This document shows positions 1 to 13,462 of a stretch of 64,000 nucleotides of DNA, piece after piece. The stretch covers positions 3,844,001 to 3,908,000 of the forward strand of contig OZ218952.1 in the NCBI GenBank assembly GCA_965112735.1, in the 5' to 3' direction. How positions within the stretch are numbered: the first letter of the stretch is position 1; the number at the start of each line of letters is the position of its first letter. This DNA comes from Phaeosaccion multiseriatum (taxonomy: Eukaryota > Protista > Ochrophyta, other classes). The notes under the pieces are model-generated. The model saw only the letters and a program-made list of their open reading frames with translations. It searched no databases and was not told where the DNA came from. A program made the position numbers and the translations under genes.

Positions 1-1596
1 CCCTTTCCTCCTGCCGCCGGGACTTGGGCAACCTCTATCTCCTCCCCCCTTCTTCGGTCGCTGCTACGGGTGCGTGAAGTTTAAGCGCTTTGAGGATTGC
101 GCGGTGGACTGCTCTGGCCTTTTCGCTTGCGAGGTGAGTGGCAGTAAGACGAGCCGTGGTCGCCATGTGGCCTGAACAGCCTTGAACTCACTCATCCCTC
201 CCTCCTTTCCTCCCTCCGTCTGCCCGCCCCTCCTTCTCCCTGCTGCTGCACATCACAGTTCTCGTCCTTCCTCGGCGCATCATCGGCTCTGTGCTCTGGC
301 TCTCGAGGGTGTCAAGTAAGTGGCGCTCTCTTTCCTTTCAGCCCTCTCCTGCCTTCCCGTCTGCTTCGTTGTTGCTTTGCGTATGTGCCTTCCTTCAGTC
401 AGAGAGAGGGACGGGGAATACCACTTTGTGCAATTGAGCAGCACCAGAACACGCGTGTGCGAGCCAACAACAACGCACCCCCCCCCCACCGGTCCCTGTT
501 TCAATGCTCGGACTGCCTGCACGGCTCCGTCGGTCCGGTCTTAGCGCCTCATCCCGCTTCCTTTGCCTGGCTTCGCCTTCTCTCCGGTGGCCTCTACTTC
601 GTTACCTTCCCCGCGCCATGGCTCTCCCTCTCTTGACTACAGAGCCGAGGGTCATCCCGCTTCCTCTGTTGACCTGGCCTCCTTTCCCTTTGTCTCAAGA
701 ACTTTGATACCACCCCCCCCCCCACCACCACCATGGCTCTCCCTCCCCGCCGGCTGTCCGCCTCCTGCACAGTTCGCCGACTTGCTCGGCTCTTCAGCAG
801 CTGTTTGTGCCGACGAAGCCTGTCACGGCCTCGAAGTAAGTTTGAATGTGCGGTGTGGGGCACGCATGCTGGCTCGGCTCGCGCCCCTCCCTCACTTCTC
901 TGGCTGTCTACGTTTCGGGTGCCTCTCGCAAGGCATTTTCCGCAGCAGCGTGCGGCGCTGGAAGCGGGCTCCCTACGACGGTTCGAGAATGCGGTCCGGG
1001 CGAAGGCCCCCCCCGTTCTCCGGCAGACCCCATCACATTCCTGGGCACCACTGCGCCTACCCGATCTCCGCTCCAAGCCGACCCCACCACGGAGCCGACC
1101 AACGCTCTGCCTTCCGTCCGTCCTGCGCCCCAAGCCGATCCTACCATCCCTCCGGTAGCAGCCCCCACCACAGAACAAGGTACCACGGAACAAGTGACCA
1201 CCGCTGCGGGGCCTGGTGACGAGACGCTGCCGGGCACGTCATGCGAGTGCACGATCCCCTCCGAGTGTGCCGTGAGCGACGCTGACGCAATGTATCTCGA
1301 CATGTTCGACAATTGCGTGGAGGTGTCCGGGGAGTGCGTCTCGGGCAACGAAACGCCATCTCTGTGTAACTTCTTCGGGTCGGGACAGAGTTGTCGCGGC
1401 TGCTTTCTCAGGTTGGTTGGTTGGTTGGTTGGTTGGTTGGTTGGTTGGTTGGTTGATTGGTTGGTGGGTTGGTTGGGGGGGTTGGGTGGTTGGTTGGTTG
1501 TTGGTGTGTTGGTTGATTGTTCGGCCTACCTACCATTCCATTTCGTTTAACCTTCCCTGCCTGTCTGTCTATCTGCCTGCCTACCTTCCTGCCTGT

Positions 1597-1651
<55 letters not shown>

Positions 1652-1776
1652 CTTGCATGCCTGCCTGCCTGCCTGCCTGGCTGCCTGCCCGCCTGCCTGC
1701 CCGCCTGCCTGCCTGCCCGCCTGCCTGCCTGGCTGCCTGGCTGCCTGCCTGCCTGCCTGCCTGCCTGGCTGCCTGG

Positions 1777-1817
<41 letters not shown>

Positions 1818-2234
1818 TGCCTGCCTGCCTCCGTCTGCCTGCCTGCGTGTGTGTGTTATGTACGCGTGTGCCCCAGCTGTCAAGGGGCCCGAACGCACGC
1901 CCGCCTCTTCCCAGACACCCCCGGCGAGAATTACCCCTTCTGTGCCTGCACTGGGCTCAGCTACGCCCTCTGTTCCTTCCTCAACGACGAAGAACTCTTC
2001 GACACCCCTTCTGCCCCTACGTCCTCCCCTACCGCCGCCGAGAATGCCACTTCCAGTCTTCCCATCACCGCCGCAGGGGGCGGAAACCCTCCGCCTTGCG
2101 TGTGCGACGGTTTCGGGGAGAGCTGCTACACGGACCTGAGCTGCGCAATGGGTGACCTGGGCTGTAACGCCAAGGAGTTACTCTCTTGTCGCTTCTGCGG
2201 TTTCGGAGTGTATTCCAGCATCCCCTGCCCCTAA
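1..2234 (+). CDS. Cys-rich, Pro/Thr-rich putative secreted/surface protein, 5'-partial, at least 5 exons in window
   Basis: Phase-consistent GT-AG exons <1-133, 259-316, 773-834, 933-1411, 1877-2234. They encode C-x-G-xx-(A/G)C repeats (CSGLFACE, CSGSRGCQ, CADEACHG), PT-rich linkers, and a terminal module ...CYTDLSCAMGDLGCNAKELLSCRFCGFGVYSSIPCP*. Confidence 0.75.
1412..1850 (+). repeat. Intronic (GGTT)n followed by (CCTG)n microsatellites
   Basis: Read directly; (GGTT)n starts at the GTTGGT donor. Confidence 0.95.
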
Positions 2235-2237
2235 GAG

Positions 2238-2326
2238 GCAAGCCTCACAAGCAAGCCTCAGAAACAAGGCTCAGAAACAAGGCTCAGAAACAAGGCTCAC
2301 AAGCAAAGGCTCACAAGCAAGGCTCG
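2238..2326 (+). repeat. ~13-bp tandem repeat (CAAGGCTCAGAAA-like) in 3' UTR
   Basis: About 6-7 degenerate copies immediately after the stop codon. Confidence 0.85.
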
Positions 2327-2682
2327 GAACGGGAAAGGGGCGGTAAGGATCGAGGGACTTACAGGGGAGGCGAATCAAGAGAAAGATGATTAAGGCATAT
2401 GCCCCTCTCCTTCCCTTTCGTCTTCTTCCGTGCCTCCCACTCTCCTACCTCACAGATGGCACCAAAGGGTACATATAATATATAGCTCTCCACTCTTACT
2501 GTAGGCAAACTATGGATGTTACTTGAGGTGTAATACTGTATAGTACCAAAAATCTCTTGCATCCCGGCGGCCACGCCCACATACACGTACTCTGGATTGA
2601 AAAGAAAATCCGTATGTGCACATACATCATCATTCATCGGCCCCAACAGGCTGGCGTAACTGGGACGATGATAAGAAGGCTG

Positions 2683-5600
2683 CTAGTCAGCTCCTGCTGC
2701 TCTTGCTCCCACTGCTCCTGCATCTGCTGCTGCTACTCCTGCTGCCGTCGGAGGGCTTGGTGCGGAAGTTTCGGTTCGCGGCGGCGTGCCAGCTGCGGAG
2801 ATCTGACGGGAGGTCTGGCGATGTGCTTTGGCATCAAGGATGGGGTCTGTCTCAATGCTCATCTCCTCGCCGCTGTCTATTCTGTCTGATGCAGTGAACT
2901 TTGGAAGGTGGAGCAGAGGGCAGAGCAGCAAGCGCCAGCGACGGTATTGTGCGTCATGAGAAGAGAGGGGGGGAGGGAGAGAGGGGGAGCGAGACGGTGA
3001 GAGACAGGGGGAGGGAGCGAGAGATTGAGAGAGGGTGAGAGCAAGACCCTTGGTTAGAGACGATCGAGCGAACGAGGGAATGCATCCCCCTCTTGCGTAA
3101 GGGGTGGAGGAGGGGGGCAGATGTTAGCCAAAGGTTTCGCCCCCCCCTCCCCCCCCCCTTTCCTTTCCACTTACATCGCGCTTGCCGGTCTTGTAGGCCG
3201 TGTCGATCTCGCTAATGATGTTCGCAACCTTCGACACCACCGCCGCCCCTACTCCTCCGCTTCCTCTTCCTCCTGCTCCTTCTCCTCCTCCTCCCCCTCC
3301 TCCTCCTCTTCCTCCTGCTCCTCCTCCTGCTGATGCTGCTCCGGCGGCTTTAGAAGTAGTAGCGCCAGCTGTAACTCTTCCGTCCTGGGCTGCCAACCTG
3401 CCAACCTCCTGCCCGCGCGAGCCTTCCTCCTCTTCCTCCTTCTTCTCCTCCTCCTCCTTCTCCTTCACCAAGTGCTGCCCCGCCCCAGCTCTCAGCATCA
3501 TGTCTTTAATGGCCTCATCCCCGGACACAAGAGGACCCAATAGAGGAGGAGACCGGCCTTCGCCTTCACCGTTGCCGCCACCGCTGCTGCCACCGCCACT
3601 GCCACTGCCACCGCTGAGAGATACCATAGAAGCTGGTGTGGACCTCTTCACAGCAGCTTCTTCCGCTGCTGATGTTGCTGCTGTATCACCAACTGCTGCT
3701 GCTGCTGCTGCTGCTGCTGTTCCGGACGTGTATTCGGCTGCCATCGACGCGTCACTACGGCCGGTAGAGAGGGAAATATCCCGACTGCTGTGCTCCCATC
3801 TCCCCTCCGAAATGGCCCCGCTATTTCCCCGATTGCCCCCCAATCCGACCACAAACGCCTGATTCTGAGCAGCAGCCCCCCCCCTGCTGTCAGCGGACAC
3901 CTCCCGATCGGTCCGATCAGACTGCAAGGGAATGATGGACACAGAGCCCGCGCCATACTCATAATCCTCACCCACACCTCTTCCCCCCGCTCCTCCTCCT
4001 CCTCCTCCTCCTCCCCCCTCCTCCTCCTCCTCCTCCTCCTGCGGAACTTCCGTCTCCCGTCCCTCCAGAGACCCGACGCTTGGACAGCGTATCGCAGAGC
4101 ATGTGCGAGCCCGACAGAATGCCGTACACCGTGTGGTCGGACACCCTTCTCTTCGTCGGATCGTTGGCATCTGTGAATCTCGGCATGACTTCATCGTCGC
4201 TGTCCTCGCTATCCGAAGGTGACGCTGCTGCTGATGATTGTGCTGATGACCGGTTCGAAGCTCCAAGGAAATGCCTCCTGCTCACTGTCGTCTCCTCTCC
4301 TCGACTACTCCCTCTCTTTTTGAAGCCCTGCCAGACATTCCCCATACTCATCCTCGACCTTCTCCTCTCCACCACTGTTGCGCTTTGATCGCTCTGACTT
4401 GACCTCGTGTCCCCCGGTCCCCATCGCGCCGTGTTCATGTCAGGGGTTCCGCTGCTGCGGCTCGTCAAGTCGCCACCACTTGTTGGGGGCTGTATCGCCA
4501 ACTGCTGCAGCTCATGCTGCTGCTTGGCGGCGTTCGCGTCGAAGAGTGTCGACTCGAGCGATCGAATCCGACCTGTGCGGGGAGAAAGACAACACAAAAT
4601 GCACGAGCGCGCACACACACACACGCGCATAGAAAGAGAAACCGGATATTAACGACCCACCACGGCAGACACACAGCTACAGCCAGCCAGCTGCCAAGTG
4701 CGAGGGAAACGAGTCGTCGAAGAAGCGGCGTGGAAGACGAGCAAGTTGAATGCCATCTCACCCAACCCCATTCCATCCCATCCCTTCAACTACCATCCCC
4801 TTCCGCTGCCATCCCATGCCATGGACTACCATCCCATGCATTTCCATTCCATCTCATCCACCGCCATCCCATTTACTGCCATCCCATTCCATCTCATCCA
4901 CTACCATCCCATTCACTGCCATCCCATCCCATCTCATCCACTACCATCCCATTCACTGCCATCCCATCCCATCTCATCCACTGCCATCCCATCCACTGCC
5001 ATCCCATCCACTACCATCCCATCCACTGCCATCCCATTCACTGCCATCCACTGCCATATCATTCCCTGCCATCCCTTCCACTGCCTTCCCATCCATTACC
5101 ATCCCATCGCATCCCATCCCATCCCATCCCTTCCACTGCCTTCCCATCGATTACCATCCCATCCCATCCCGACACCCAAGACCGATCCAAGACTCGGCCC
5201 AATCGCCCTCATGTCGCCCCACAGCTCTGCGGACCGATTTATTCCGACTCCCGACTCCCTCCCGTCCCGCCTCCGCTCCAGGCAGATAAGGTATGAATGA
5301 GGGTACGCGATTGACAATCAGACGATAGTAAACACTCACTACCTTTCGTCTCTGATGTGGTTTATAGCCTGTACCCACAGTTTCTGAGTACCAATTGTGC
5401 TTCCCCTTTCGCGCTTCAAAGGGTTTAATTGCTTACCTTTGGATGCCTCCAAGGTAACGGCAGCTTTGTCCAGCATCCGCTCGAGCTCCTGATGCAGCCG
5501 CATTATCTCTGACTTGCTCGTGTTCGTTGTCTTGACGCCCTCACACAGCAGCGCCAGCCGCTTAAAGAGGGGCGAGTGGGGCCGAACTCGCGACACAAGC

Positions 5601-6541
5601 GACGAGCCTGTCCCAGAAAGGCGATTGCCTCCTCCTCCTCCTCCTCCTCCTCCTCCTCCTCCTCCTCCTCCTCCTCCTCCTCCTCCTCCTCCTCCTCCTG
5701 CTCCTCCTCCTCCTCCTCCTGCCCCGCTGCTTCCCCACCCCCCTCCCCCCCCTCCCGCTTCTCCATCCCCAAACCCCACGTCCCCCTTGACTCGCATAGA
5801 GTTGCGAAGAGCGGCCCCTTTTAGCCCTCCTTTGTTGGCCACGTCAGTGGCGGCGGCACTTGCCTCCTGCTCCACCTGTTGGTGATACGGAAGGAGGGGG
5901 AGGGAGGAAGGGACGGAGGGAGGGACGGGACAGAGTGAGGGAGAGAGAGAGAGAGGGAGGGGGGGAGAGAGAGATGGAGGGAGGGAGGGAGGGAGGGAGA
6001 GAGAGAGTGAGGGAGAGAGGGAGAGGGAGAGAGGGAGGGAGGAAGGAAGGAAGGAAGGAAGGAAGGAAGGAAGGAAGGAAGGAAGGAAGGAAGGAAGGAA
6101 GGAAGGAAGGGAGGGAGGGAGGGTGATAGGGAGGGAGGGAGGGAGAGAGAGGGCAGAGAGAGTGAGCGGCTCATCGTAGATGGCTATCAACGTCGATGAG
6201 CCCTCCTAAATTTGGAGAGACTCAAAAGCAGGAGATAAGCCTGGCGGAATCTTCGCTGGTGTTGGTCAAAGTACCTACTAAAACTGAAACTGAAATCGAG
6301 TTGAGAGTGAGACTGAGCTGAACCTCTACATTGAACCCACCTCGAGGCTTCTGTCGGAGTTGTGGAGGTGCCTGGCTTCCACTGACCAGTGCACCGCCGT
6401 GGGAAACACCATTTCGGTGAAGTGACTCATCCTGATGGCGTTGGTTTCGGGCAGTTTGCGTTGGTAGTTTGAGTAGGTGGGGTTAGGTTGGGAGGAGGGG
6501 GTTGTGTGTGTTTAGGTTGGTGCAAGTATATACACATATAC

Positions 6542-6573
<32 letters not shown>

Positions 6574-8997
6574 ATATATAAAGACAAAAGACACAAAGGA
6601 GATACGTTGAGCACTCCACCTCCACTCCCACTCCCACTGCCACTGCCACTCACTTCATGACGCGCTTGTGTTTGGTGCGCGTGTTGGGATCCGCCTCGGC
6701 CGCAAACACATCCCACAGACACTTGAACTGGTGAGGTGAGAAGTACAGCCCCACTGAGGCGAGTGCGCTCTCGAACTCGTGGGCAGAGAGGATGCCGTCC
6801 CCGTCGAGGTCAAAGGTCGTGAACATGTGCTGCACGCCGTCCTTCCCTCGGTCCCCAAGCTCTTGCCGGATGGCCAGCAGGATCTGTGTGTGTACGTGTG
6901 TGTGTGTGCGTGAGGCAGTCTTGCTTCTCGTTCCTCCTTCCTTCCTTCCTTCCTTCCTTCCTTCCTTCGTTCTTTCCTTCCTTCCTTCCTTCCTTCCTTC
7001 CTTCCTTCCTTCCTTCCTTCCTTCCTTCCTTCCTTCCTTCCTCCCTTCCTTTCTTCCTTCCTTCCTTTCTTCCTTCCTTCCTTTCCTTCCTTCCTTCCTT
7101 TCTTCCTTCCTTTCTTCCTTCCTTCCTTTCCTTCCTTCCTTCCTTCCTTCCTTCCTTCCTTCCTTCCTTCCTTCCTTCCTTCCTTCCTTCCTTCCTTCCT
7201 TCCTTCCTTCCTTCCTTCCTTCCTTCCTTCCTTCCTTCCTTCCTTCCTTCCTTCCTTCCTTCCTTCCTTCCTTCCTTCCTTCCTTCCTTCCTCCCTCCCT
7301 CCCTCTCTCCATTCCTTCCTTCCTTCCTTCCTTCCTTCCTTCCTTCCTTCCTTCCTTCCTTCCTTCCTTCCTCCCTCCCTCCCTCCCTCCCTCCCTCTCT
7401 CCATTCCTTCCTTTCTTCCTTCCTTCCTTCCTTCCTTCCTTCCTTCCTTCCTTCCTTTCTTTCTTTCTTCCTTCCTTCCTTCCTTCCATCCTTCCTTTCT
7501 TCCTTCCTTCCTTCCTTCCTTCCTCCCTTCCTTCCTCCCTCCCTCCCTTCCTCCCTCCCTCCCTCCCTCCCTTCCTCCCTCCCTCCCTCCCTTCCTCCCT
7601 CCCTCCCTCCCTCCCTCCCTCCCTCCTTCCTTCAACTGCCTTGCTCCGACTCACCTGCGTCCTCATATGCTTTGTCTGCTCCATCATGCTCTCAAGCACC
7701 TGCCCCAAAATCTGCGGCTGGATTTGGCTCACACTCAGCAGAATCGAGTAAGCTTGGAACACTTTGGGAGAGAGCCAAATCATGATGAAGAGCGTCGGCA
7801 GCACCATCAACACGATCCACAAGAGCGACTTTGAAGGTGATAGGAGGGGAGGAGAGAGGGGAGAGGGAGGGGGGGGGGGGATAGACCGGAGTAGAGAGGA
7901 CGGAGCAAAGAGAACGAGGAGAGGAGAAGAGAAGGAAGAGCACAATTAGTGTTGTTTTGGGTTGAGTGTTTGTTCTTGGGGCGAATTATTGAATGGAGGA
8001 GCCACCCATCCTCCTCCTCCTCCTCCTCCTCCTCCTCCTCTCCCTCCTCCCTTACGCTCCATGAATGACATATACGCACCTTCAACGCTTTTTCAGTCGA
8101 ATAGACGGCGAGGTAGCAAAAGTGACACCCAAACAGCGCCACATAGACGCAATTGAACAGCAAGTTGAAGTCCAGGACCTGCTTGACGATCCAAGGCCTC
8201 CCCATAAAGAACGCGTATGTGAAGTCAAGCGTTTCGAATTCAGACACCGCCTGGAAGGGAGGGGAAAGGGGGCAGGAGACAGAAGAGAGAGTAGGAGGGA
8301 TGGGGTGTGGAAACCACAGAGGAGATTGGGGGGAGGATGAGGGGAAGGGGTAAGAAGAGGGTAAGGGTAAGGGGAAGGGGAAGGGGGAGGAGGAGGGGGA
8401 GGTGAAGGGGGAGGGGGGGGCGGGAAGGGGCGGGAAAGGAGAAGGGCATATGAAGCACGTGCCCTGTGCTGCGAGGCACGGGTAACATGGCGTAAGGTAT
8501 AGCTCCTGCCTCGCACACACAAACACACTCGCACACACACGCACGCACGCACACACACACAAACGTACCACAGCCTCATCCTCCTCATCTTCCTCTCCCT
8601 TAATGCTCTTGCTCCCTCGCCGGTGATGCTTGTCTGCCCCCTCCTGCTGCTCGCGAATGCGGTCCACGCGCTCCATCGTCGCGGCCATCATGTCGTCTTT
8701 GTCGAGGTCCACCGCGGGAGCCTCGGTCCCTGAGTAGCGTTGGCCGGGTTTGGATCCGATCAAAAGATTGATTTGTTTCATACGGCGGGAGGGAGGAAGA
8801 GAGGGGAAGGGGGAGGACGGAGGCAGACAGGGGCGGGAGGGGGAGGGGGTCATGGGGAGAAAGTGAGCCAACCGGACTTCCCCTCTCCCCGTGCGCACCT
8901 CTCTCCCTTCTTTGCGACCGCCGCATTCTCCGCAAGCCCGCACTCACAGGCACACGCACGCATTCACACGCACGCACGCACGCACGCATGCACGCAG

Positions 8998-9036
<39 letters not shown>

Positions 9037-9676
9037 CTCACTCACTCACGTATTCACTCACTCATTCACTCCCTCACTCACTCACTCACTCCCTCAATCA
9101 CTCTCTCCCTCCCTCCCTCCCTCCCTCCCTCCCTCCCTCCCTCCCTCCCTCCCTCCCTCCCTCCCTCCCTCCCTCCCTCCCTCCCTCCCTCCCTCCCTCC
9201 CTCCCTCCCTCCCTCCCTCCCTCCCTCCCTCCCTCCCTCCCTCCCTCCCTCCCTCCCTCCCTCCCTCCCTCTCTCTGTCACTCTCTCACTCCCCCCCCCC
9301 CTCCCTCCCTCCCTCCCTCCTTCCCTCCCTCCCTCCCTCCCTCCCTCTCTCTCTCACTCACCCACTCACCCACTCACTCACTCACTCACTCACCCGCTTC
9401 ACTGGCCCGTCTGCCCAGCATTTTGCCCAATGCCTTGGTAACGGATCCCCTCCTCGTTGAGAGCCCCGCCGCCTCACCGCGCTTGATATTGCTTTGTACA
9501 ACGTCAGCCATGCCCCCTCCTCCACCCCCTCCTCCACCCCCTCCACCCCCTGGCGGGCCTCGAGCCGAGGGCGGATGTCGGAAGGTCGCTATTGAAGTGG
9601 GGAGGATGCGGGTGCGTTGCCACGGAGTTGAAAAGTTTTCTGCTCCGTGTGGAAGTGGAAGAGTATGTGCGTGTGT

Positions 9677-9715
<39 letters not shown>

Positions 9716-12126
9716 GAAGAAGGCATAGCAAGGGGGGGGTATTCCGTGCGAAGAATGAACCATCGGAAAGCTAAACGCAACCGTTGAAGTAACAAGCCAG
9801 TTATGGCGACAACCCCTGTGGGGCGCTGACCGGTGGGCTCATCTTACACCACCAATCTCTGAGTGGCATACTCTCCCACTGGGCGTACTGCCACCAAGCC
9901 ACTTCTATTCTCGCGGAGCCTTGTCGAACGAGAAACAGGGCATCGAGAGCGTATCGAGAGCTGGGGAGGAGGTGAAACGTCGTGAGCACGTGTGTGACGC
10001 ACTCACTTTTGGGCTTTTTCTGGTCGGTAAAGAAGAAATTCTTGGGTCGTAGCTTGCCTGTGCCCTCAATCCACGGACCAAGGTACTCCAAATTAGGCAC
10101 AAGGCGATCGACGCGGTAGGTTTCCTATGTCAACAGTTCACATGGGATGGATGGATGTAAGGGAGGGAGGGAGGGAGGGAGGAAGGGAGAGAGGGAGGGA
10201 GGAGAGAGGAGAGAGAGAGAGAGAGAGAGAAGGGGAGAGAGGTATCGTGTTGAGCATAGTAGGCGACGTTTCAGAGAAATGACTTTACTGATGGCTTCAG
10301 TAAAAGCGTCGAAAGACAGATTTAAAGTAGACATGTCGATATCTTCAAAGTAGATAACGATATCCGAAGTAGAGGTCGACATTGGGAGCGATAGGTCGAT
10401 ATCCAGAAGAAGGCAGAGGCCAATACAGAAGGACTGTACCTGCAGGAGAGTTCTCTCGAGCACTCTATGTATTGCCGTGTGCACAGAGTTGTGAACCCAC
10501 ACGTTCATGCCCAGCAGGAGCCACCCCACGAAAATGAAGGCGCCCACCATGGCCGTCTGTCACGGGAATGGGGGGGGGGGCGGAGTGAGGAGAGGGAGGG
10601 AGTGGAGGGAGGAGAGGGAGGGAGGGAGGAGAGGGAGGGAGGGAGGGAGGGAGGGAGGGAGGGAGGGAGGGAGGGAGGGACGGAGGGAGGGAGGGAGGGA
10701 GGGAGGGAGGAGAGGGAGGGAGGAGAGGGATGGAGGAGAGGGGAGGGAGGGAGGAGAGGGGATGGAGGAATGGATGAAGACCGGGGGGCGAAAGGGAGGG
10801 AGGCGTAAGAGGGAGGGAGGGAGGGAGGGAGGCGTGATGGCATAGAGTAAAAAGTGCATTTGAAGCTCACCTGGTTGATTTCATCATGTAGATAGGCGCT
10901 GAGCGAGTAGATACCCGCTGCGGCGCCGGTGGTGAGGAGGAGAATGACCCACGTCTTGATGGCCACGTCCAACAGACCTTTCACGTAATGCTGCATGTTG
11001 AGTTGGACGTACTCCGAAAAGACAAAGCTCGCCGGCAGCCTGTGACTCCGGATGAGGAGGTACTTCAGGAGGTAGTAAGTGGCCTCTGCGGGGACTCCGG
11101 AGAGGCGGATTCGCAACCAGGGGAAGCGCTTGAGTCGCATCTCAAAGAAGGTATCTAGGAGGTAGCGAGTGGTGAGCCCGTCGATGTGCTCCCAAAACTT
11201 GAGACTCTGCTTCACCACAAACGCCAGGACCGCAGCCTGACATTGGGGGGGGGTCAGGAGGAGGAGGAGGAGGAGGAGGAGGAGGAGGAGGAGGAGGAGG
11301 AGGAGGAGGAGGAGGAGGAGGAGGAGGAGGAGGAGGAGGAGGTGGTGGAGGAGGAGGAGGGTGGTTCGGGGCTTTAGGGTGGGATCACTTACTCATCTCC
11401 TCACTCATCTCTCTCTCACTCACTCACTCACTCTCTCTCTCCCTCCCTCCCTCCCTCCCTCCCCCACTCACTCACTTACTCTTCTACTCCCTTCCGTACC
11501 TGGATGGTGTAGACAATCGCCACAAAGAAGATGAGTATATGGGCCCACTCAAAGGCTAGGAACCAATGGATATCGAGATCGTCAAGCACTCCTGACGTCT
11601 CCAACACAAACACCAGGAAAGACACAATGCCCAGGATCATGAGCTCCTTGAAGACTTTGTGGAGCATTGCAATGTAGTGCTCGTGCCTACTGAGGTTGTG
11701 CTCCAGCAGTTCAATGACATACTCGATGCCAATTGTGAATCCGACGAGCATCATGAAGCAGTAGCACGCCTTTTGTTTTTAAAGAGGAGGGACGCCAACA
11801 ATAGGAAGGGGCCCACCCCGGGTCGGGTTGGGATGAAGGGTTGGTTGGTTGGGTGGGTGAATGAAGCGTTTCAAACAGGATAGAACGGGTCCGGGGGGAA
11901 AGGCGAAAAGGGCGCAGGAGGGGGCAGTTGAGAGAGAGGGGGGGGGGGGGGGTAGAGCCGCGAATAAAACACATACTCAGTGGGGACGAGACCAAAAGGA
12001 AGAGAAAAAGCAAAGGATGAATGCGTCCGCGCGTCGGAGATTTGGGGGGGGGGAATGACTCGCAAGAGGGGGAGTTTTTCGTGCTTCCTTCGACTCTACA
12101 CGGGGGGGGTGGGGGGCGAACGCACA

Positions 12127-12162
<36 letters not shown>

Positions 12163-12900
12163 CACACACATGGACACACACCCATCAACACTCACACATG
12201 CCCACACACCATGTGCATATTATATTATCGCACACACACACACTCCGTACTCCCTTACCTTGGCAAAGTCCAGCGATGAACCCAAAGCAAACAGCACATG
12301 CGCGCCGTGACTAGAGCCGTGACTACTAGTGCCGTGACTACTGCCATGATCGTCGTCGGCATGGTCGTCGTCGGCATGGTCGTCATCGGCGTGACTGGTC
12401 GCTGCGGCGCTGACCTGTCGAGCCCCAATGGCGAGGATGAAGAAAAGCACTTGCCCCAATAACAAGCCCAGTCTTCCTCTTCGTTGCCTTCGCCGCTGCT
12501 GTCGCTGTTGTAGCTGCTGCTGCTGCTCTTCCTCTTCGCCTATACTACTCTGTCGCCCCGTTACTTTTTGTGGATCCTGCTGCTGCATACGGTGCTGCGG
12601 CTGCGGCTGCCACCACCACATGTCGCCCTCCTCGTCTTGCCCCTCCTGCTTCCTCCTCGGAGTTATTTCGCATCTGCCCGACGGGGGCAAGGGCCGTCGC
12701 GCTGCCGACGATGTCTTCCCTTTCTGCCTCCTCCCCCAGCAGTATGCCTGCTGTTGCTGCCCAGCCGCGCCGTTCCTTTCTATGCATGCACGCTGACCAC
12801 GGCCTTCCAGGGACGTCTTCACGCCACCTGGAGTTACTCGCCTACGAGTCGCCCGGTCTGGCATATGTGCCCTTCCCCCTACCGCCCCTCCGGTCGACAT
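2683..12900 (-). CDS. MLO: MLO-family multi-TM membrane protein with His/Asp-rich N-terminal segment, C-terminal EF-hand and long disordered tail (14 exons)
   Basis: Exons approx. 12259-12900, 11500-11769, 10871-11236, 10440-10556, 10058-10124, 9394-9639, 8569-8729, 8080-8250, 7655-7828, 6654-6883, 6341-6431, 5437-5875, 3175-4572, 2683-2898. MLO-like motifs KVFKELMILGIVSFL, FEWAHILIFFVAIVY and FFMGRPWIVKQVLDFNLLFN; EF loop DLDGDGILSAHE. One apparent +1 homopolymer frameshift at ~4015. Start codon uncertain. Confidence 0.85.
4765..5170. repeat. Degenerate (CCATC)n-based intronic satellite
   Basis: Repeated CCATCCCAT(T/C)CACT(G/A) units inside the MLO intron. Confidence 0.9.
6912..7632 (-). 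repeat. (GGAA)n/(GGGA)n intronic microsatellite
   Basis: Read directly; source of the spurious KEGR/PSFL ORFs. Confidence 0.97.
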
Positions 12901-13462
12901 CCTGTGTTGCTAGAAGAAAGTCTTGTCAACCCGAGAGCGCAGAAACATCGGAGTCAAGCGTGCGATTCCAGTCTTCACAGGATCCCCCTCCTAGTCCTCT
13001 CCCATCACCGAGCCTGGGCGCACGGGTTTGTTAGCGCATGTCGAAAGAATACAATGAACATGGGAAGTCTTCCAGGCAGTGACTCTTCGTCGTCCTGCTT
13101 ATCGCCAGAGCTGGGGGGCCTTGCACGCCGGCCACTCTTGCTCGAGCGTCTTCTCTTCCTCCTCCACAATTCCTCCTTATTCTTTGTGCTCCCCCCCCCT
13201 CCTTCGAACTTCAGCCCACTGTCTTTCTCAGCTGCAATGAGCAGAGCCGCTCTGCAAGGCAAAGCACTCCGTCAAATACCTGAGGACACAATCCTGAAAC
13301 GACAGAGCAAGGAGGACCCACAGACTGAAACGATAATTTTTGTTCTCTCCGGCGGCGTCTGCTTGCTGAAACTCAAACTACGAATCGACCACTTGTGCAC
13401 AGATATATAGGACACCGGGCATAGGACAGTGGCAGGAGTAGCAGCAGCAACTACTGTCCCGG
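12901..13462. promoter_or_regulatory. Probable bidirectional promoter between MLO (-) and LSM8 (+)
   Basis: Divergent starts ~560 bp apart; inferred from gene orientation only. Confidence 0.45.

Noticed and set aside
4010-4020. Frameshift within the large MLO tail exon (programmed frameshift or pseudogene?)
   Set aside because: A 6-C run sits where 5 C's would keep the (GGA)n poly-Gly frame; most likely a homopolymer sequencing error. Needs raw reads.
6650-7945. KEGR-/PSFL-repeat ORFs and similar LPAC, THTH, VCVC ORFs across the window
   Set aside because: Translations of stop-free intronic microsatellites.
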